DNA of 24,000 bases. It comes from Alphaproteobacteria bacterium (lineage in GTDB: Bacteria; Pseudomonadota; Alphaproteobacteria; UBA9219). The stretch is from contig JARLJC010000045.1 in assembly GCA_031291435.1 (NCBI GenBank), forward strand, positions 4,346 through 28,345, written 5' to 3'. The notes under the pieces were generated by a model, which was not told the DNA's origin, made no database searches, and was given only the letters and a program-made list of their open reading frames with translations. Made by a program: the position numbers and the translations under genes. Shown in pieces: positions 15,231 to 24,000 of the stretch. Position 1 is the stretch's first letter. Each line of letters opens with the position of its first letter.

Positions 15231-16511
15231 ATGCCGAAAATCAAAGCTTCCGTCCTGTCCGCTTGCGTTCTGGCCGCCGTCTCCGGCGTCGCCCATGCCG
15301 AAAATGCAAATGTGCCGATGGGGGCGGTTCAGGGGGCCCAGCTTCATTCCCAGACCATGGCTGCCGATACCAGCGCGCCGTCGCCTTACACGCTGAAACT
15401 TCAATATACCGGCGAAGCCTGGGACAATATGGGCGGCCTGCATACCGGCACCGCCTATCTGCAGAATGTCGATGCGCAGTTCGCCGCCGATACCGGCAAG
15501 GCTTTCGGATGGACCGGCGGCCGCTTTTTTATCGAAGGTTTTTACAACAGCTCGCGCTCGCTCGACACCCAGTATGACGGCGCCCTTCAGGATCCCAGCG
15601 TGATCGACACCTCGGGCCAGACCATGTTCCGTTTGTATCAGGCTTACTATGATCAAAATCTCGGCAACACCGATCTTTTGCTCGGCCTTTACGACATGCA
15701 GACCGAATTCGCCAATACCAAACCGATGGATATTTTCTTCAACGGCGCTTACGCATGGAACACGGCGCTCGATCAGTCGGGCGGCGGCGGCCTCAACGGC
15801 CCTTCGACTTTCCCCAGCACGGCGCTTGCCTTCCGCGCGCGCCAGAAGATCTCTAACGAATGGAGCGTGCAGGGGGCCGTGCTCGACGGCATGTCGGACA
15901 GCGCCGAATATCCCGGCATCAACGATATTCTGATGAACAAGAAATACGGCATCCTCGGCATCGGCGAAGTCGATTACACGCCGGCGGCCGCGCCGCGCAC
16001 CAAGGTGATGGCGGGCTACTGGGGCTACACCGGCAAGTTCGACACGCTCAATGAAACCAACGCCGATGGTTCGACGCATCAGGTTTATGGCAGCGACGGC
16101 GGTTATGTCGGCGCGGCGACGCGTTTGTATGAACAAACCGCGCATCGCGGGCTTGACGGCTTCGTCAATATCGGTTTCGCCGATCCGACGGTGAATATTG
16201 TCGATCGCACGATCAATGCCGGCTTGAGTTACACCGGCCCGTTTGAAGCTCGTCCGTGGGACAGGGTTGGTGTGGCGTTCAGCGTCGCCGGCATTAGCGA
16301 TCCGTACCGCAAGGCGCAGTCCGCCGCCGGGACTCCGACTTCGGGGGCCTATGAAACCAACATCGAAGCGACCTATCGCGCGACGGTCAATGACTGGTTG
16401 ACCGTTCAGCCGGATATCCAATACACCATGAATCCCGCTGTTGACCCCAATCTCAAGAATGATTTCCTTGTCGGCGTGCATTTCGAGATTGGACACTTAT
16501 TTCATATGTGA
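15231..16511 (+). CDS. Carbohydrate-selective porin, OprB family
   Basis: ATG 15231 starts 'MPKIKASVLSACVLAAVSGVAHA', a signal peptide. The track start at 14874 runs through the tRNA spacer and was rejected. The protein is beta-strand-rich, with 'GGRFFIEGFY' and 'FRLYQAYYDQNLG' typical of OprB-type porins (memory only). Confidence 0.85.
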   Translation: MPKIKASVLSACVLAAVSGVAHAENANVPMGAVQGAQLHSQTMAADTSAPSPYTLKLQYTGEAWDNMGGLHTGTAYLQNVDAQFAADTGKAFGWTGGRFFIEGFYNSSRSLDTQYDGALQDPSVIDTSGQTMFRLYQAYYDQNLGNTDLLLGLYDMQTEFANTKPMDIFFNGAYAWNTALDQSGGGGLNGPSTFPSTALAFRARQKISNEWSVQGAVLDGMSDSAEYPGINDILMNKKYGILGIGEVDYTPAAAPRTKVMAGYWGYTGKFDTLNETNADGSTHQVYGSDGGYVGAATRLYEQTAHRGLDGFVNIGFADPTVNIVDRTINAGLSYTGPFEARPWDRVGVAFSVAGISDPYRKAQSAAGTPTSGAYETNIEATYRATVNDWLTVQPDIQYTMNPAVDPNLKNDFLVGVHFEIGHLFHM

Positions 16512-16552
16512 TCCGGTTTCCGCATCCTTTAAACAAATTCTCTGGAGGTAAC

Positions 16553-16696
16553 ATGCATAAATTCCTGACTTTTTTAGTCCTTCTTGCCGTCCTGCTCGGC
16601 TCGGCCTCGGCCTTTGCCCGCGGTGGCCGCACCGATGATTGCCCGCCGGGCAGCACCGATCCTGACTGTGTGGCGACGCCTGCGCCGGGGAAATAA
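16553..16696 (+). CDS. Small secreted peptide (47-aa precursor, two Cys in the mature part)
   Basis: GGAGG (16543-16547) lies 5 nt before the ATG. 'MHKFLTFLVLLAVLLGSASAFA' is a classic signal peptide. The mature part is 'RGGRTDDCPPGSTDPDCVATPAPGK'. The gene starts 42 nt downstream of the OprB stop. Confidence 0.5.
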   Translation: MHKFLTFLVLLAVLLGSASAFARGGRTDDCPPGSTDPDCVATPAPGK

Positions 16697-16769
16697 TTCC
16701 CCCCGGGCAACCGACGCCGCGTTTTACACGAGTGATGATTGCTGCGCCTGACCAGAGGGACTCTCGACC

Positions 16770-18470
16770 ATGATTAAATTCGCGGATTTTAAGATCCTCG
16801 CCAAAATCCTGATGCTCCTGGCGTTGCTGGCTCTGGTGTCCCTGGGCGCGACAATGTTTTCGACCAGCCGCATGCGGTATATCGACACAACCTACGGCGA
16901 TCTCATCGATGGGCCGGAACGGGCCAATCTCGCCCTTGTCCGCGCCAGCAAGGATCTCGCTTTTGTCATGCGCTCCCTCTATCGCCTGCTGGCCGAGATG
17001 ACATCACAGGGCAATCAGGAATCGATGCAGGAAGTTACCGACAACATCAAATATTTCGATAACCAGATCGCCGCCGCGATCAAGGGGATGCCGTCCAAGG
17101 AAGCCGACATCAAGGGCGTCGCCGACAAGGTTCATGCCGCTATGTCGGAAGCCTGCGCGGACACGATTAAGATGGGCAATGGCACCTCCGATGAGGAAAA
17201 TAAACAGGCGGCCGCCGAAATGCACAACAAGTGCGATCCCGCCTTGCGTGAGGCCATGGATGAGATGTCTGCCCTTGCCAACCAGATTCTCAAGATTACC
17301 GACGCTAATTCCGACGCCGCCGCAGATGTGACCGACACGACCATCCGGCATACCTACGCGCTTGTTTTCGGCGGCCTGGTTCTCGTCATGCTGCTGGCCG
17401 CGTATCTAACGCGGTCGGGCATTTCCAAGCCCATCAGGAATATCGCGCGCATTCTCGAAGAATTGGCGAAAGGAAAGTTCGAGACTGAGATTAACGGTGC
17501 CGGACGCAGGGACGAAGTCGGCGATATCGCTAAAGCAGCGTTGATTTTCCGCGATCAGGGCAAGGAAACCGAACGCCTGCGTGCCGAACAGGAGCAGGGC
17601 AAAGCCAACGCCGAGCGCGACCGAAAAGCAATGATGCACAAACTGGCCGATGAGTTCGAGCATTCGGTCAAGGGCGTTGTCGAGATCGTTTCCAGCGCCG
17701 CCACCGAAATGCAGGCCACCGCGCAGAGTCTTAAAACCACCGCCGAGGAGACCAGCCAGCAATCGGTCGCGGCGTCTTCCGCCTCGGAAGAAACCTCCGT
17801 CAGCGTGCAAACGGTTGCGGCCACGGCCGAGCAGCTGACCGCCTCAATCGCGGAGATCAGCAATCAGGTCACGCAATCGACGGCAATCACCACCAAGGTC
17901 GCCGAAGACGGCGAAGCCGCCAACGCGACGATGCAGATATTGTCGACCACAGCGCAGAAGATCGGCGAAGTGGTGCAGTTGATTCAATCTATCGCCGGAC
18001 AGACAAATCTGCTGGCGCTCAACGCCACCATCGAAGCGGCGCGGGCAGGGGATGCCGGCAAGGGCTTTGCCGTGGTGGCAAGCGAAGTCAAATCGCTCGC
18101 TAACCAGACCGCCAAGGCGACCGAAGACATCGAACGCCAGATCGTCACCATTCAGTCGGAAACCCAGACCGCCGTCGCCGCTATCGAGGGCATGTGCAAG
18201 ACTTTGGTCGAAGTCAAATCGGCCTCATCCGCCATCGCATCGGCGATCGAGCAGCAATCGGCCGCGACGCGCGAGATTTCCCGCAATGTGCAGCAGGCGG
18301 CATCCGGTACGCAGGACGTTTCCAGCAACGTCGTGGCCGTGACGCGCGCGGCGCAGGAAACCGGCACTTCAGCAGGGCAGATGTTCGATGCGGCATCGGA
18401 ACTGGCCAAGCAGTCGGAAATCCTGCGCGATCAGGTCGGCAAATTCCTCGCCAGCGTACGCTCCGCCTGA
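16770..18470 (+). CDS. Methyl-accepting chemotaxis protein (intact)
   Basis: The 566-aa product has two TM helices and a periplasmic four-helix-type sensor. The HAMP domain reads '[29 protein letters not shown]'. The signalling domain reads '[37 protein letters not shown]...[26 protein letters not shown]'. Confidence 0.93.
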   Translation: MIKFADFKILAKILMLLALLALVSLGATMFSTSRMRYIDTTYGDLIDGPERANLALVRASKDLAFVMRSLYRLLAEMTSQGNQESMQEVTDNIKYFDNQIAAAIKGMPSKEADIKGVADKVHAAMSEACADTIKMGNGTSDEENKQAAAEMHNKCDPALREAMDEMSALANQILKITDANSDAAADVTDTTIRHTYALVFGGLVLVMLLAAYLTRSGISKPIRNIARILEELAKGKFETEINGAGRRDEVGDIAKAALIFRDQGKETERLRAEQEQGKANAERDRKAMMHKLADEFEHSVKGVVEIVSSAATEMQATAQSLKTTAEETSQQSVAASSASEETSVSVQTVAATAEQLTASIAEISNQVTQSTAITTKVAEDGEAANATMQILSTTAQKIGEVVQLIQSIAGQTNLLALNATIEAARAGDAGKGFAVVASEVKSLANQTAKATEDIERQIVTIQSETQTAVAAIEGMCKTLVEVKSASSAIASAIEQQSAATREISRNVQQAASGTQDVSSNVVAVTRAAQETGTSAGQMFDAASELAKQSEILRDQVGKFLASVRSA

Positions 18471-18586
18471 TGCGGGATAGGCCCATCCGTTAACCACGGA
18501 GGGCGTCTTTTCAAAAACCTTGTCTGGCCGTGCATTTTCGCGCATTCTTCCGCCGGTTTATGAAAATTTCCCGGGAGTAGTGCGCC

Positions 18587-19570
18587 GTGACCGTTAGCCT
18601 CGACGATGTGAAGAACCTGTATGCCAAGCCCTTGCTCGATCTGGTGTTCGAGGCGGCGCAGGTGCAGCGCGCCAATCACGAAGCCAACGAGGTGCAGCTT
18701 TGCACCCTGCTGTCGATTAAAACCGGCGGCTGCACCGAGGATTGCAAATATTGCTCTCAATCCATCCACAATAAAACCGAACTCGAAAAAGAATCTCTCC
18801 TCGATGTCGATACCGTGCTGGCCAGCGCAAAGCGCGCCAAGGATAGCGGCTCGACCCGGTTCTGCATGGGCGCCGCCTGGCGGCAGGTGAATGATGGCCG
18901 CGCGTTTGATCGCGTCATCGATATGGTCAAGGGCGTGCGCGAGATGGGCCTCGAGGCCTGCGCGACTTTGGGCATGCTGACCGAAACCCAGGCGGTGCGG
19001 CTGAAAGAAGCCGGGTTGACCGCGTACAACCACAATCTCGATACGTCGGAAGATTATTATTCCAATATCATCACCACGCGTTCTTATCAGGAACGGCTCG
19101 ATACGATCGCCAATGTCGCCTCGGCGGGCATTTCGCTGTGTTGCGGCGGCATTATCGGCATGGGCGAAAGCCGCGAAGATCGCATCAAACTGCTGCACAC
19201 TTTGGCGAACCTCGACCCGCAGCCGGAGTCGGTGCCGATCAACGCGCTGGTGCCGGTCGAAGGCACGCCTCTGGCCAAGACAGAACCCCTGGATATTTTC
19301 GAGTGGATACGCGCGATTGCCGTGGCCCGCATTCTGGTGCCGAAGGCGATGGTGCGTTTGTCGGCTGGCCGTCTGTCGATCAGCCGCGAGGCGCAGGCTT
19401 TGGCCTTCATGGCAGGCGCCAATGCGATTTTCACCGGCGATAAATTGCTGACAACGCCCAATCCCGCCGCCAATGAAGATCATCAATTGATGGAAACGCT
19501 CGGCCTAACGGCGCGTGCACCGGACAAAGAATGCGGCGAGTGCGAAAGCCATGAAAAACTTCGCGCCTGA
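18587..19570 (+). CDS. bioB: Biotin synthase
   Basis: The radical-SAM motif '[11 protein letters not shown]' is present, along with 'YNHNLDTS' and '[11 protein letters not shown]'. The start is GTG 18587, with GGGAG at 18572-18576. Confidence 0.96.
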   Translation: MTVSLDDVKNLYAKPLLDLVFEAAQVQRANHEANEVQLCTLLSIKTGGCTEDCKYCSQSIHNKTELEKESLLDVDTVLASAKRAKDSGSTRFCMGAAWRQVNDGRAFDRVIDMVKGVREMGLEACATLGMLTETQAVRLKEAGLTAYNHNLDTSEDYYSNIITTRSYQERLDTIANVASAGISLCCGGIIGMGESREDRIKLLHTLANLDPQPESVPINALVPVEGTPLAKTEPLDIFEWIRAIAVARILVPKAMVRLSAGRLSISREAQALAFMAGANAIFTGDKLLTTPNPAANEDHQLMETLGLTARAPDKECGECESHEKLRA

Positions 19571-20663
19571 ACTCGATAGGCTGAAGGCGCTGGGGCGGCA
19601 ACGGTCGTTGCGCCTGCCTGCGGGCATCGATTTCTCATCGAACGATTATCTCGGCCTCGCCAATCATCCGGCTTTGCGTGCGGCGGCTATCGAGGCCCTG
19701 CAAAACGGCATCGAAATCGGCGCGGCGGGGTCGCGTTTGCTGCGTGGGCATCGGCAGGCGCATGAGGATCTGGAAAATTTCGCCGCTGCTTATTACGGAT
19801 GTCCGCGCGCGCTGTTCTTTGCCAACGGGTTTATGGCGAATTACGCGCTTCTCACCACTTTGGTCGGGCGGCATGATATCGTTGTCTATGATGCGCTGTG
19901 CCACGCCAGCATGCGCGACGGGCTGCATGCGGTAGGATGCCGTACCGTAAAAGTCATGCACAATGATTTGAACGCCTTCGAAGAGGCGTTGAAGAAACCG
20001 CGCGCCGCCGGGTCGCATTTATTCATTCTGGTCGAATCTATCTACAGCATGGATGGCGATGTAGCGCCGGTCCGGGATTTGCTGGATCTGGCCGAAAAAT
20101 ACGACGGGCTATTGATCGTCGATGAAGCACACGGCACCGGCGTCTCCGGCCCAACCGGGCGCGGCGAAACCGAAGGCATGCCTCATGACCGGCTCATTTC
20201 GTTGCATACCTGCGGCAAGGCGCTGGGTGTTTCCGGGGCTTTGGTTTGTGCGGGCAACGAGATTATTGATTACCTGATTAATGCCGCGCGCCCTTTTATT
20301 TACAGCACCGCGCCGATGCCGTTGCAGGCTGTGCTGGTGAAGCGCGCGCTGGAAATTGTATGCGACGAACCCGAACGGCGTGCGCAACTCGCCGCTTTGA
20401 AGGCGCATGCCGCCAAATGCCTGCCGGGTATCGCGATCAACAGCCAGATTGTGCCGATTATTATCGGTGAAGATTCCACCGCGGTCACGCTCGCCGGGAA
20501 ATTGCAGGCGCAGGGTTTTGATATCCGCGCCATTCGTCCGCCTGCGGTGCCGGAAGGCACGGCGCGGTTGCGGCTTTCTCTGCATGTCGGGCTGACGCCA
20601 GAGGATATCGAGCGAGCCGCCGTCGCTATGCATGACCTCATGCCGCAGGCCTTATGCGCATGA
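19551..20663 (+). CDS. bioF: 8-amino-7-oxononanoate synthase
   Basis: ATG 19551 starts '[11 protein letters not shown]' and overlaps the bioB 3' end by 20 nt. This is an alpha-oxoamine synthase fold with 'SNDYLGL', 'DEAHGTGV' and the PLP-lysine segment 'HTCGKALG'. Confidence 0.93.
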   Translation: MKNFAPELDRLKALGRQRSLRLPAGIDFSSNDYLGLANHPALRAAAIEALQNGIEIGAAGSRLLRGHRQAHEDLENFAAAYYGCPRALFFANGFMANYALLTTLVGRHDIVVYDALCHASMRDGLHAVGCRTVKVMHNDLNAFEEALKKPRAAGSHLFILVESIYSMDGDVAPVRDLLDLAEKYDGLLIVDEAHGTGVSGPTGRGETEGMPHDRLISLHTCGKALGVSGALVCAGNEIIDYLINAARPFIYSTAPMPLQAVLVKRALEIVCDEPERRAQLAALKAHAAKCLPGIAINSQIVPIIIGEDSTAVTLAGKLQAQGFDIRAIRPPAVPEGTARLRLSLHVGLTPEDIERAAVAMHDLMPQALCA

Positions 20664-21286
20664 GCCGGACTTTCACCATCACCGGTACCGATACCGGCAT
20701 CGGCAAGACAGCGGTTTCCGCGATGCTGATGCTGGCGCTCGATGCTCTCTACTGGAAACCCATCCAGTCCGGCACCGAAGAAGGCACCGATAGCCTGACC
20801 GTGAAGGCATTGACCGGACTGCCTGATGAAAGATTTCTGCCGGAGCAATATATCCTTTCGCAGCCCCTCTCGCCGCACCGGGCCGCCGAACTGGACGACA
20901 TCGAAATTGACATACAATCGATTAAACTTCCTCTAGCCGACAAAAACATCATCGTCGAAGGGGCAGGGGGCTTGCTGGTTCCCGTCACACGGCAGAAATT
21001 ACAGATTGATCTGTTTGCTGCATGGAAAGCGCCGGTTATTCTCTGCGCCCGAACCGGTCTCGGCACCCTCAATCATACTTTGCTCTCGGTCGAAGCCTTG
21101 CACCACCGCACTATGCTTCTGCACGGGATTATCTTCATCGGTGAGGATAATCCCGATAACATACGAACCATCGGCGATTTTTCCGGCGCGAAGATCCTTG
21201 GCCGCCTGCCGCATTTGCCCGCGCTCAACCGCGCCGCGCTCGCAAACGCCTTCGCCCAGAATTTCCGCAAGGAAGATTTTCAATGA
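20654..21286 (+). CDS. bioD: Dethiobiotin synthetase
   Basis: The P-loop is 'ITGTDTGIGKT', and 'VEGAGGLLVP' is present. An alternative start at ATG 20660 forms ATGA with the bioF stop. Confidence 0.93.
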   Translation: MRMSRTFTITGTDTGIGKTAVSAMLMLALDALYWKPIQSGTEEGTDSLTVKALTGLPDERFLPEQYILSQPLSPHRAAELDDIEIDIQSIKLPLADKNIIVEGAGGLLVPVTRQKLQIDLFAAWKAPVILCARTGLGTLNHTLLSVEALHHRTMLLHGIIFIGEDNPDNIRTIGDFSGAKILGRLPHLPALNRAALANAFAQNFRKEDFQ

Positions 21287-22563
21287 CCGCAATCTGGCAT
21301 CCCTTTACCCAGCACGCCCTCATGCCCGAGCAGGTTTTCATCGACCATGCCGAAGGGGCCTATCTCTACACCAAAGACGGCAAGCGCATCATCGACGGTA
21401 TTTCATCCTGGTGGGTCAACATCCATGGCCATAATCATCCGAAAATAGCCGCCGCTGTGCAGAAACAATCGACCAAACTCGACCAGCTTATTTTCGCTGG
21501 GTTTACGCATGAACCTGCCGAGAAACTCGCCGCCAAACTGGTCGAAGTCACGCCGCCCAACATCACGAAGGTTTTTTATTCGGACAGCGGTTCCACTTCG
21601 GTCGAAGTCGCGCTAAAAATGGCGCTCGGTTACTGGGCGCATAAAGGCAAACCGAGGCGGGGCGTGGTGGCTCTCGAACATGCCTATCACGGCGATACGT
21701 TCGGCACGATGTCGGTCGGCGGACGCAGCGTGTTCAATGCGCCTTACGAAGCGTTTTTGTTCGATGTGCATCGCTTGCCTTATCCGCACCCCAAACGCGA
21801 ACATGAAACCGTCGAAGCTTTCGAAAAACTTCTGAAAGAGCAGGGTGACGATATCGCTGCTCTGATTGTCGAGCCGTTGGTATTGGGTGCTGCCGGCATG
21901 ATGATGTATAGCGCCGCGACCTTACGCGCGCTTTATGATCTGTGCCGTCGCTATGGCGTTATCTTCATCGCCGACGAAGTCATGACCGGCTGGGGCCGCA
22001 CCGGTACGCGATGGGCCTGCGAACAGGCGGGTGTCGAGCCCGATATCATCTGCTCTTCCAAAGGACTGACGAGCGGTTTTCTGCCGCTTGCCGTAACGCT
22101 CGCCAGCGAAGAAATCTATCAGGCCTTTTACAGCACCGACCGCGCCAAAACATTTTTCCATTCGTCGTCTTTTACCGGCAACCCGATTGCCTGCGCCGCC
22201 GCCCTCGCCGCCGTCGAATTGTGGGACGAAGAACCCGTTCTCGAACGCATCCAGACCATTCATAAACAGCAGGCCGCGATGCTGCCGCGGTTACAGGCGC
22301 GGGGCGATCTCGAAAATGTCCGGCATCTCGGCACCATCGTCGCCTGCGACGTGCGCACGTCGGAACAGGGCTATTTGTCCGCCGTGGGGCCGCGTCTTTA
22401 CCGTTATTTCATTGAAAACGGCGTGTTATTGCGCCCTATCGGCCAAACCGTCTATATGTTACCGCCTTATTGCGTCACCCGTGAGGATCTGGATGTTATC
22501 TTCAGCACCCTTGAGCGCGCGCTTGATGCTCTCCGCGACGGAGAGCTTGAACAAGCCGCTTGA
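21283..22563 (+). CDS. bioA: Adenosylmethionine-8-amino-7-oxononanoate aminotransferase
   Basis: Class III aminotransferase with 'SSWWVNIHGHNHP', 'DEVMTGWGRTG' and the PLP-lysine segment 'SSKGLTSG'. The start forms an ATGA overlap with the bioD stop. Confidence 0.95.
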   Translation: MTAIWHPFTQHALMPEQVFIDHAEGAYLYTKDGKRIIDGISSWWVNIHGHNHPKIAAAVQKQSTKLDQLIFAGFTHEPAEKLAAKLVEVTPPNITKVFYSDSGSTSVEVALKMALGYWAHKGKPRRGVVALEHAYHGDTFGTMSVGGRSVFNAPYEAFLFDVHRLPYPHPKREHETVEAFEKLLKEQGDDIAALIVEPLVLGAAGMMMYSAATLRALYDLCRRYGVIFIADEVMTGWGRTGTRWACEQAGVEPDIICSSKGLTSGFLPLAVTLASEEIYQAFYSTDRAKTFFHSSSFTGNPIACAAALAAVELWDEEPVLERIQTIHKQQAAMLPRLQARGDLENVRHLGTIVACDVRTSEQGYLSAVGPRLYRYFIENGVLLRPIGQTVYMLPPYCVTREDLDVIFSTLERALDALRDGELEQAA

Positions 22564-23167
22564 GCAGCCGTTCCGCGATTTTCTGTCGGCGACGGTTGCC
22601 GATGCGTCCGCGCATGCGCGTTTTTTGAATCTTCTGTCGATGCTCGAACATATGGGCAGCCGCAAAATCATGCTGTCACAGATGAAGGGCATTCTGACGC
22701 AGGATATCCTTAAACATCTGGCAGAAGAAACGCGGCACGCGTTTTTCTTTAAACGCGAGGCCGAGAAAATGTCCGGCTCGGCGATTGAGGGTTATCCGTC
22801 CGATCGCACGATGGCCGTACCTTCGGGGCGGCTTTATTTTGGCAGGCTCGATGCCGGTTTGACATCCGATATGCCCGCCGATGTCCATGCCGAAACCGGC
22901 TATCTGTGGGTTTCGCTGATCGTCGAATTGCGCGCCATCTGGGGTTACCGCATGTATCAGGATGTGTTGGCCGAAGCCGCCAGCCCGCTGTCGCTCAAAA
23001 GCATCATTGCCGAGGAAGACCGCCATCTGGTCGATATGGTCCTGCGGCTTGAGGAAATCGGGTTTGACGCCGCGTCGGCGCTGCCGCTCGCCTGCGAACT
23101 TGAAAAACGCTTGTTCGGCAAGCTGTTGGGCGCGTTGCAGACAGAGCACAGGGCCCGCGCTGCGTAA
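22526..23167 (+). CDS. Ferritin-like diiron-carboxylate four-helix-bundle protein of unknown function, fifth gene of the bio operon
   Basis: The first in-frame ATG in the bioA-overlap region is at 22526, 38 nt before the bioA stop. In-frame TTG codons also lie at 22523 and 22547. The track ORF start at 22187 is inside bioA and was rejected. Ligand pattern, numbered from 22526: E41 ('MLEHMG'), E68xxH71 ('AEETRHAFF'), E134 ('IVELRAIW') and E164xxH167 ('AEEDRHLVD'). The spacings are 27 and 30 residues. Confidence 0.7.
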   Translation: MLSATESLNKPLEQPFRDFLSATVADASAHARFLNLLSMLEHMGSRKIMLSQMKGILTQDILKHLAEETRHAFFFKREAEKMSGSAIEGYPSDRTMAVPSGRLYFGRLDAGLTSDMPADVHAETGYLWVSLIVELRAIWGYRMYQDVLAEAASPLSLKSIIAEEDRHLVDMVLRLEEIGFDAASALPLACELEKRLFGKLLGALQTEHRARAA

Positions 23168-23226
23168 GGTTTTCGCTTTAAAAAACTTGTCTAACCCATT
23201 GTTTTCAAGCATCCTCCGCCGCTGAA

Positions 23227-24000
23227 ATGACGATTATGCCTCCCCCCATTCCCGGTACCGGCGCCGCTGCCGAACGCAGCGTCGAAGCGTTATTGCGCGA
23301 CCAGCGCGATGACGGCCATTGGGCCTATGAGCTGGAAGCCGATGCCACCATTCCGGCGGAATATATCCTGCTCGACCATTTTCTGGGCACCGTCAACCAG
23401 CCTTTGCATGAACGCATGGCCGTGTACCTGCGCAGGATTCAGGAAGAGCATGGCGGCTGGCCTTTGTTCCATCGCGGCGCGTTCAATATCAGCGCCAGCG
23501 TCAAAGCCTATTTCGCGCTGAAATGCGTCGGCGACGATATCGACGCACCCCATATGCGGCGCGCGCGCGAAGCCATTCTGGCCTATGGTGGCGCAGAGAA
23601 AAGCAACGTCTTCACCCGTATCCAGCTGGCTTTATTCGGCGCGGTTCCATGGCGGGCGGTGCCTGTCATGCCGGTTGAAATCATGCTGTTGCCGCGATGG
23701 TTCCCGTTCCATCTCAGCAAGGTTTCTTACTGGTCGCGTAGCGTCATCGTGCCCTTGCTGGTGCTGATGGCCCGGAAACCGCGCGCCCAGAACCCAAAAG
23801 ATATCCGCATCAACGAGATTTTTGTGACCCCGCCCGAGCGCGTCGAAAAATGGCCGGGCAACGAAACCCATTCGCCGCTCGCGCCGGCGTTTGAGGTGAT
23901 CGACAAAATCCTGCGCTGGGCCGAACCGAAAATCCCGGCCTCTGCCCGCCGCAAGGCCATCGATAAAGCCGTGACGTGGGTCAAGCTGCGCCTCAATGGC
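23227..24000 (+). CDS. shc: Squalene-hopene cyclase, N-terminal part (continues beyond the window)
   Basis: The frame is open from ATG 23227 (or ATG 23236) to the window end, 258 codons. It is not in the ORF track because it has no stop. 'LLRDQRDDGHWAYELEADATIPAEYILLDHFLG', 'QEEHGGWPLF' and 'SVKAYFALK' match the N-terminal region of bacterial SHC. Confidence 0.92.
   Translation, partial: MTIMPPPIPGTGAAAERSVEALLRDQRDDGHWAYELEADATIPAEYILLDHFLGTVNQPLHERMAVYLRRIQEEHGGWPLFHRGAFNISASVKAYFALKCVGDDIDAPHMRRAREAILAYGGAEKSNVFTRIQLALFGAVPWRAVPVMPVEIMLLPRWFPFHLSKVSYWSRSVIVPLLVLMARKPRAQNPKDIRINEIFVTPPERVEKWPGNETHSPLAPAFEVIDKILRWAEPKIPASARRKAIDKAVTWVKLRLNG

Noticed and set aside
18471-18586. BirA or BioR operator upstream of bioB.
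   Set aside because: I looked for TTATMKATAA-type (BioR) or TGTAAACC/GGTTTACA-type (BirA) dyads. Only 'TTATGAAAAT' at about 18558-18567 comes close. It is neither palindromic nor a good match.
1-24000. CRISPR arrays, rRNA genes, transposases/integrases, prophage genes, and recognisable defence systems other than the R-M module.
   Set aside because: I found no regularly spaced direct repeats, no rRNA-like sequence, and no ORF with transposase, integrase, phage or known defence-system motifs on either strand.

Overview
High-GC chromosomal segment that looks alphaproteobacterial. This is inferred from gene content: a carD-fdxA pair, a Cys-poor Fur-family regulator, an OprB-type porin, a squalene-hopene cyclase and GTG/TTG starts. 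No search was possible.

Content from left to right:
- The tail of a visibly AT-richer type II restriction-modification module (DNA methyltransferase C-terminus plus putative endonuclease). It ends 3 bp before serS.
- serS, coupled by an ATGA overlap to a degenerate LysM/M23 (NlpD-like) lipoprotein.
- An orphan ORF.
- A minus-strand three-gene glycan-initiation operon: RmlD-like reductase, GT4 polyprenyl-phosphate HexNAc-1-P transferase, and WbpM/CapD/PglF-like dehydratase.
- A hypothetical gene.
- A methyl-accepting chemotaxis protein (MCP) gene broken by a single in-frame amber codon.
- A beta-barrel porin.
- A scrambled porin-carD intergenic patch. It holds duplicated fragments of the porin 3' end and of the carD terminator, two orphan ORFs, and a ~200-bp nested inverted-repeat element.
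- carD, fdxA, a fur-like gene, tRNA-Thr(CGU), an OprB-family porin followed by a tiny secreted Cys-pair peptide, and a second MCP.
- bioB-bioF-bioD-bioA with a fifth, translationally coupled gene for a ferritin-like diiron four-helix-bundle protein.
- The 5' part of squalene-hopene cyclase.

No CRISPR array, rRNA or recognisable transposase was found.

The most interesting candidate is the diiron protein embedded in the biotin operon. It may supply the missing pimeloyl-thioester step, since no bioC/H/Z/W/I is present here. Next are the nested inverted-repeat element and the interleaved duplications next to it.

All functional calls come from reading the translated ORFs and remembered family motifs. 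No alignments or statistics were computed.
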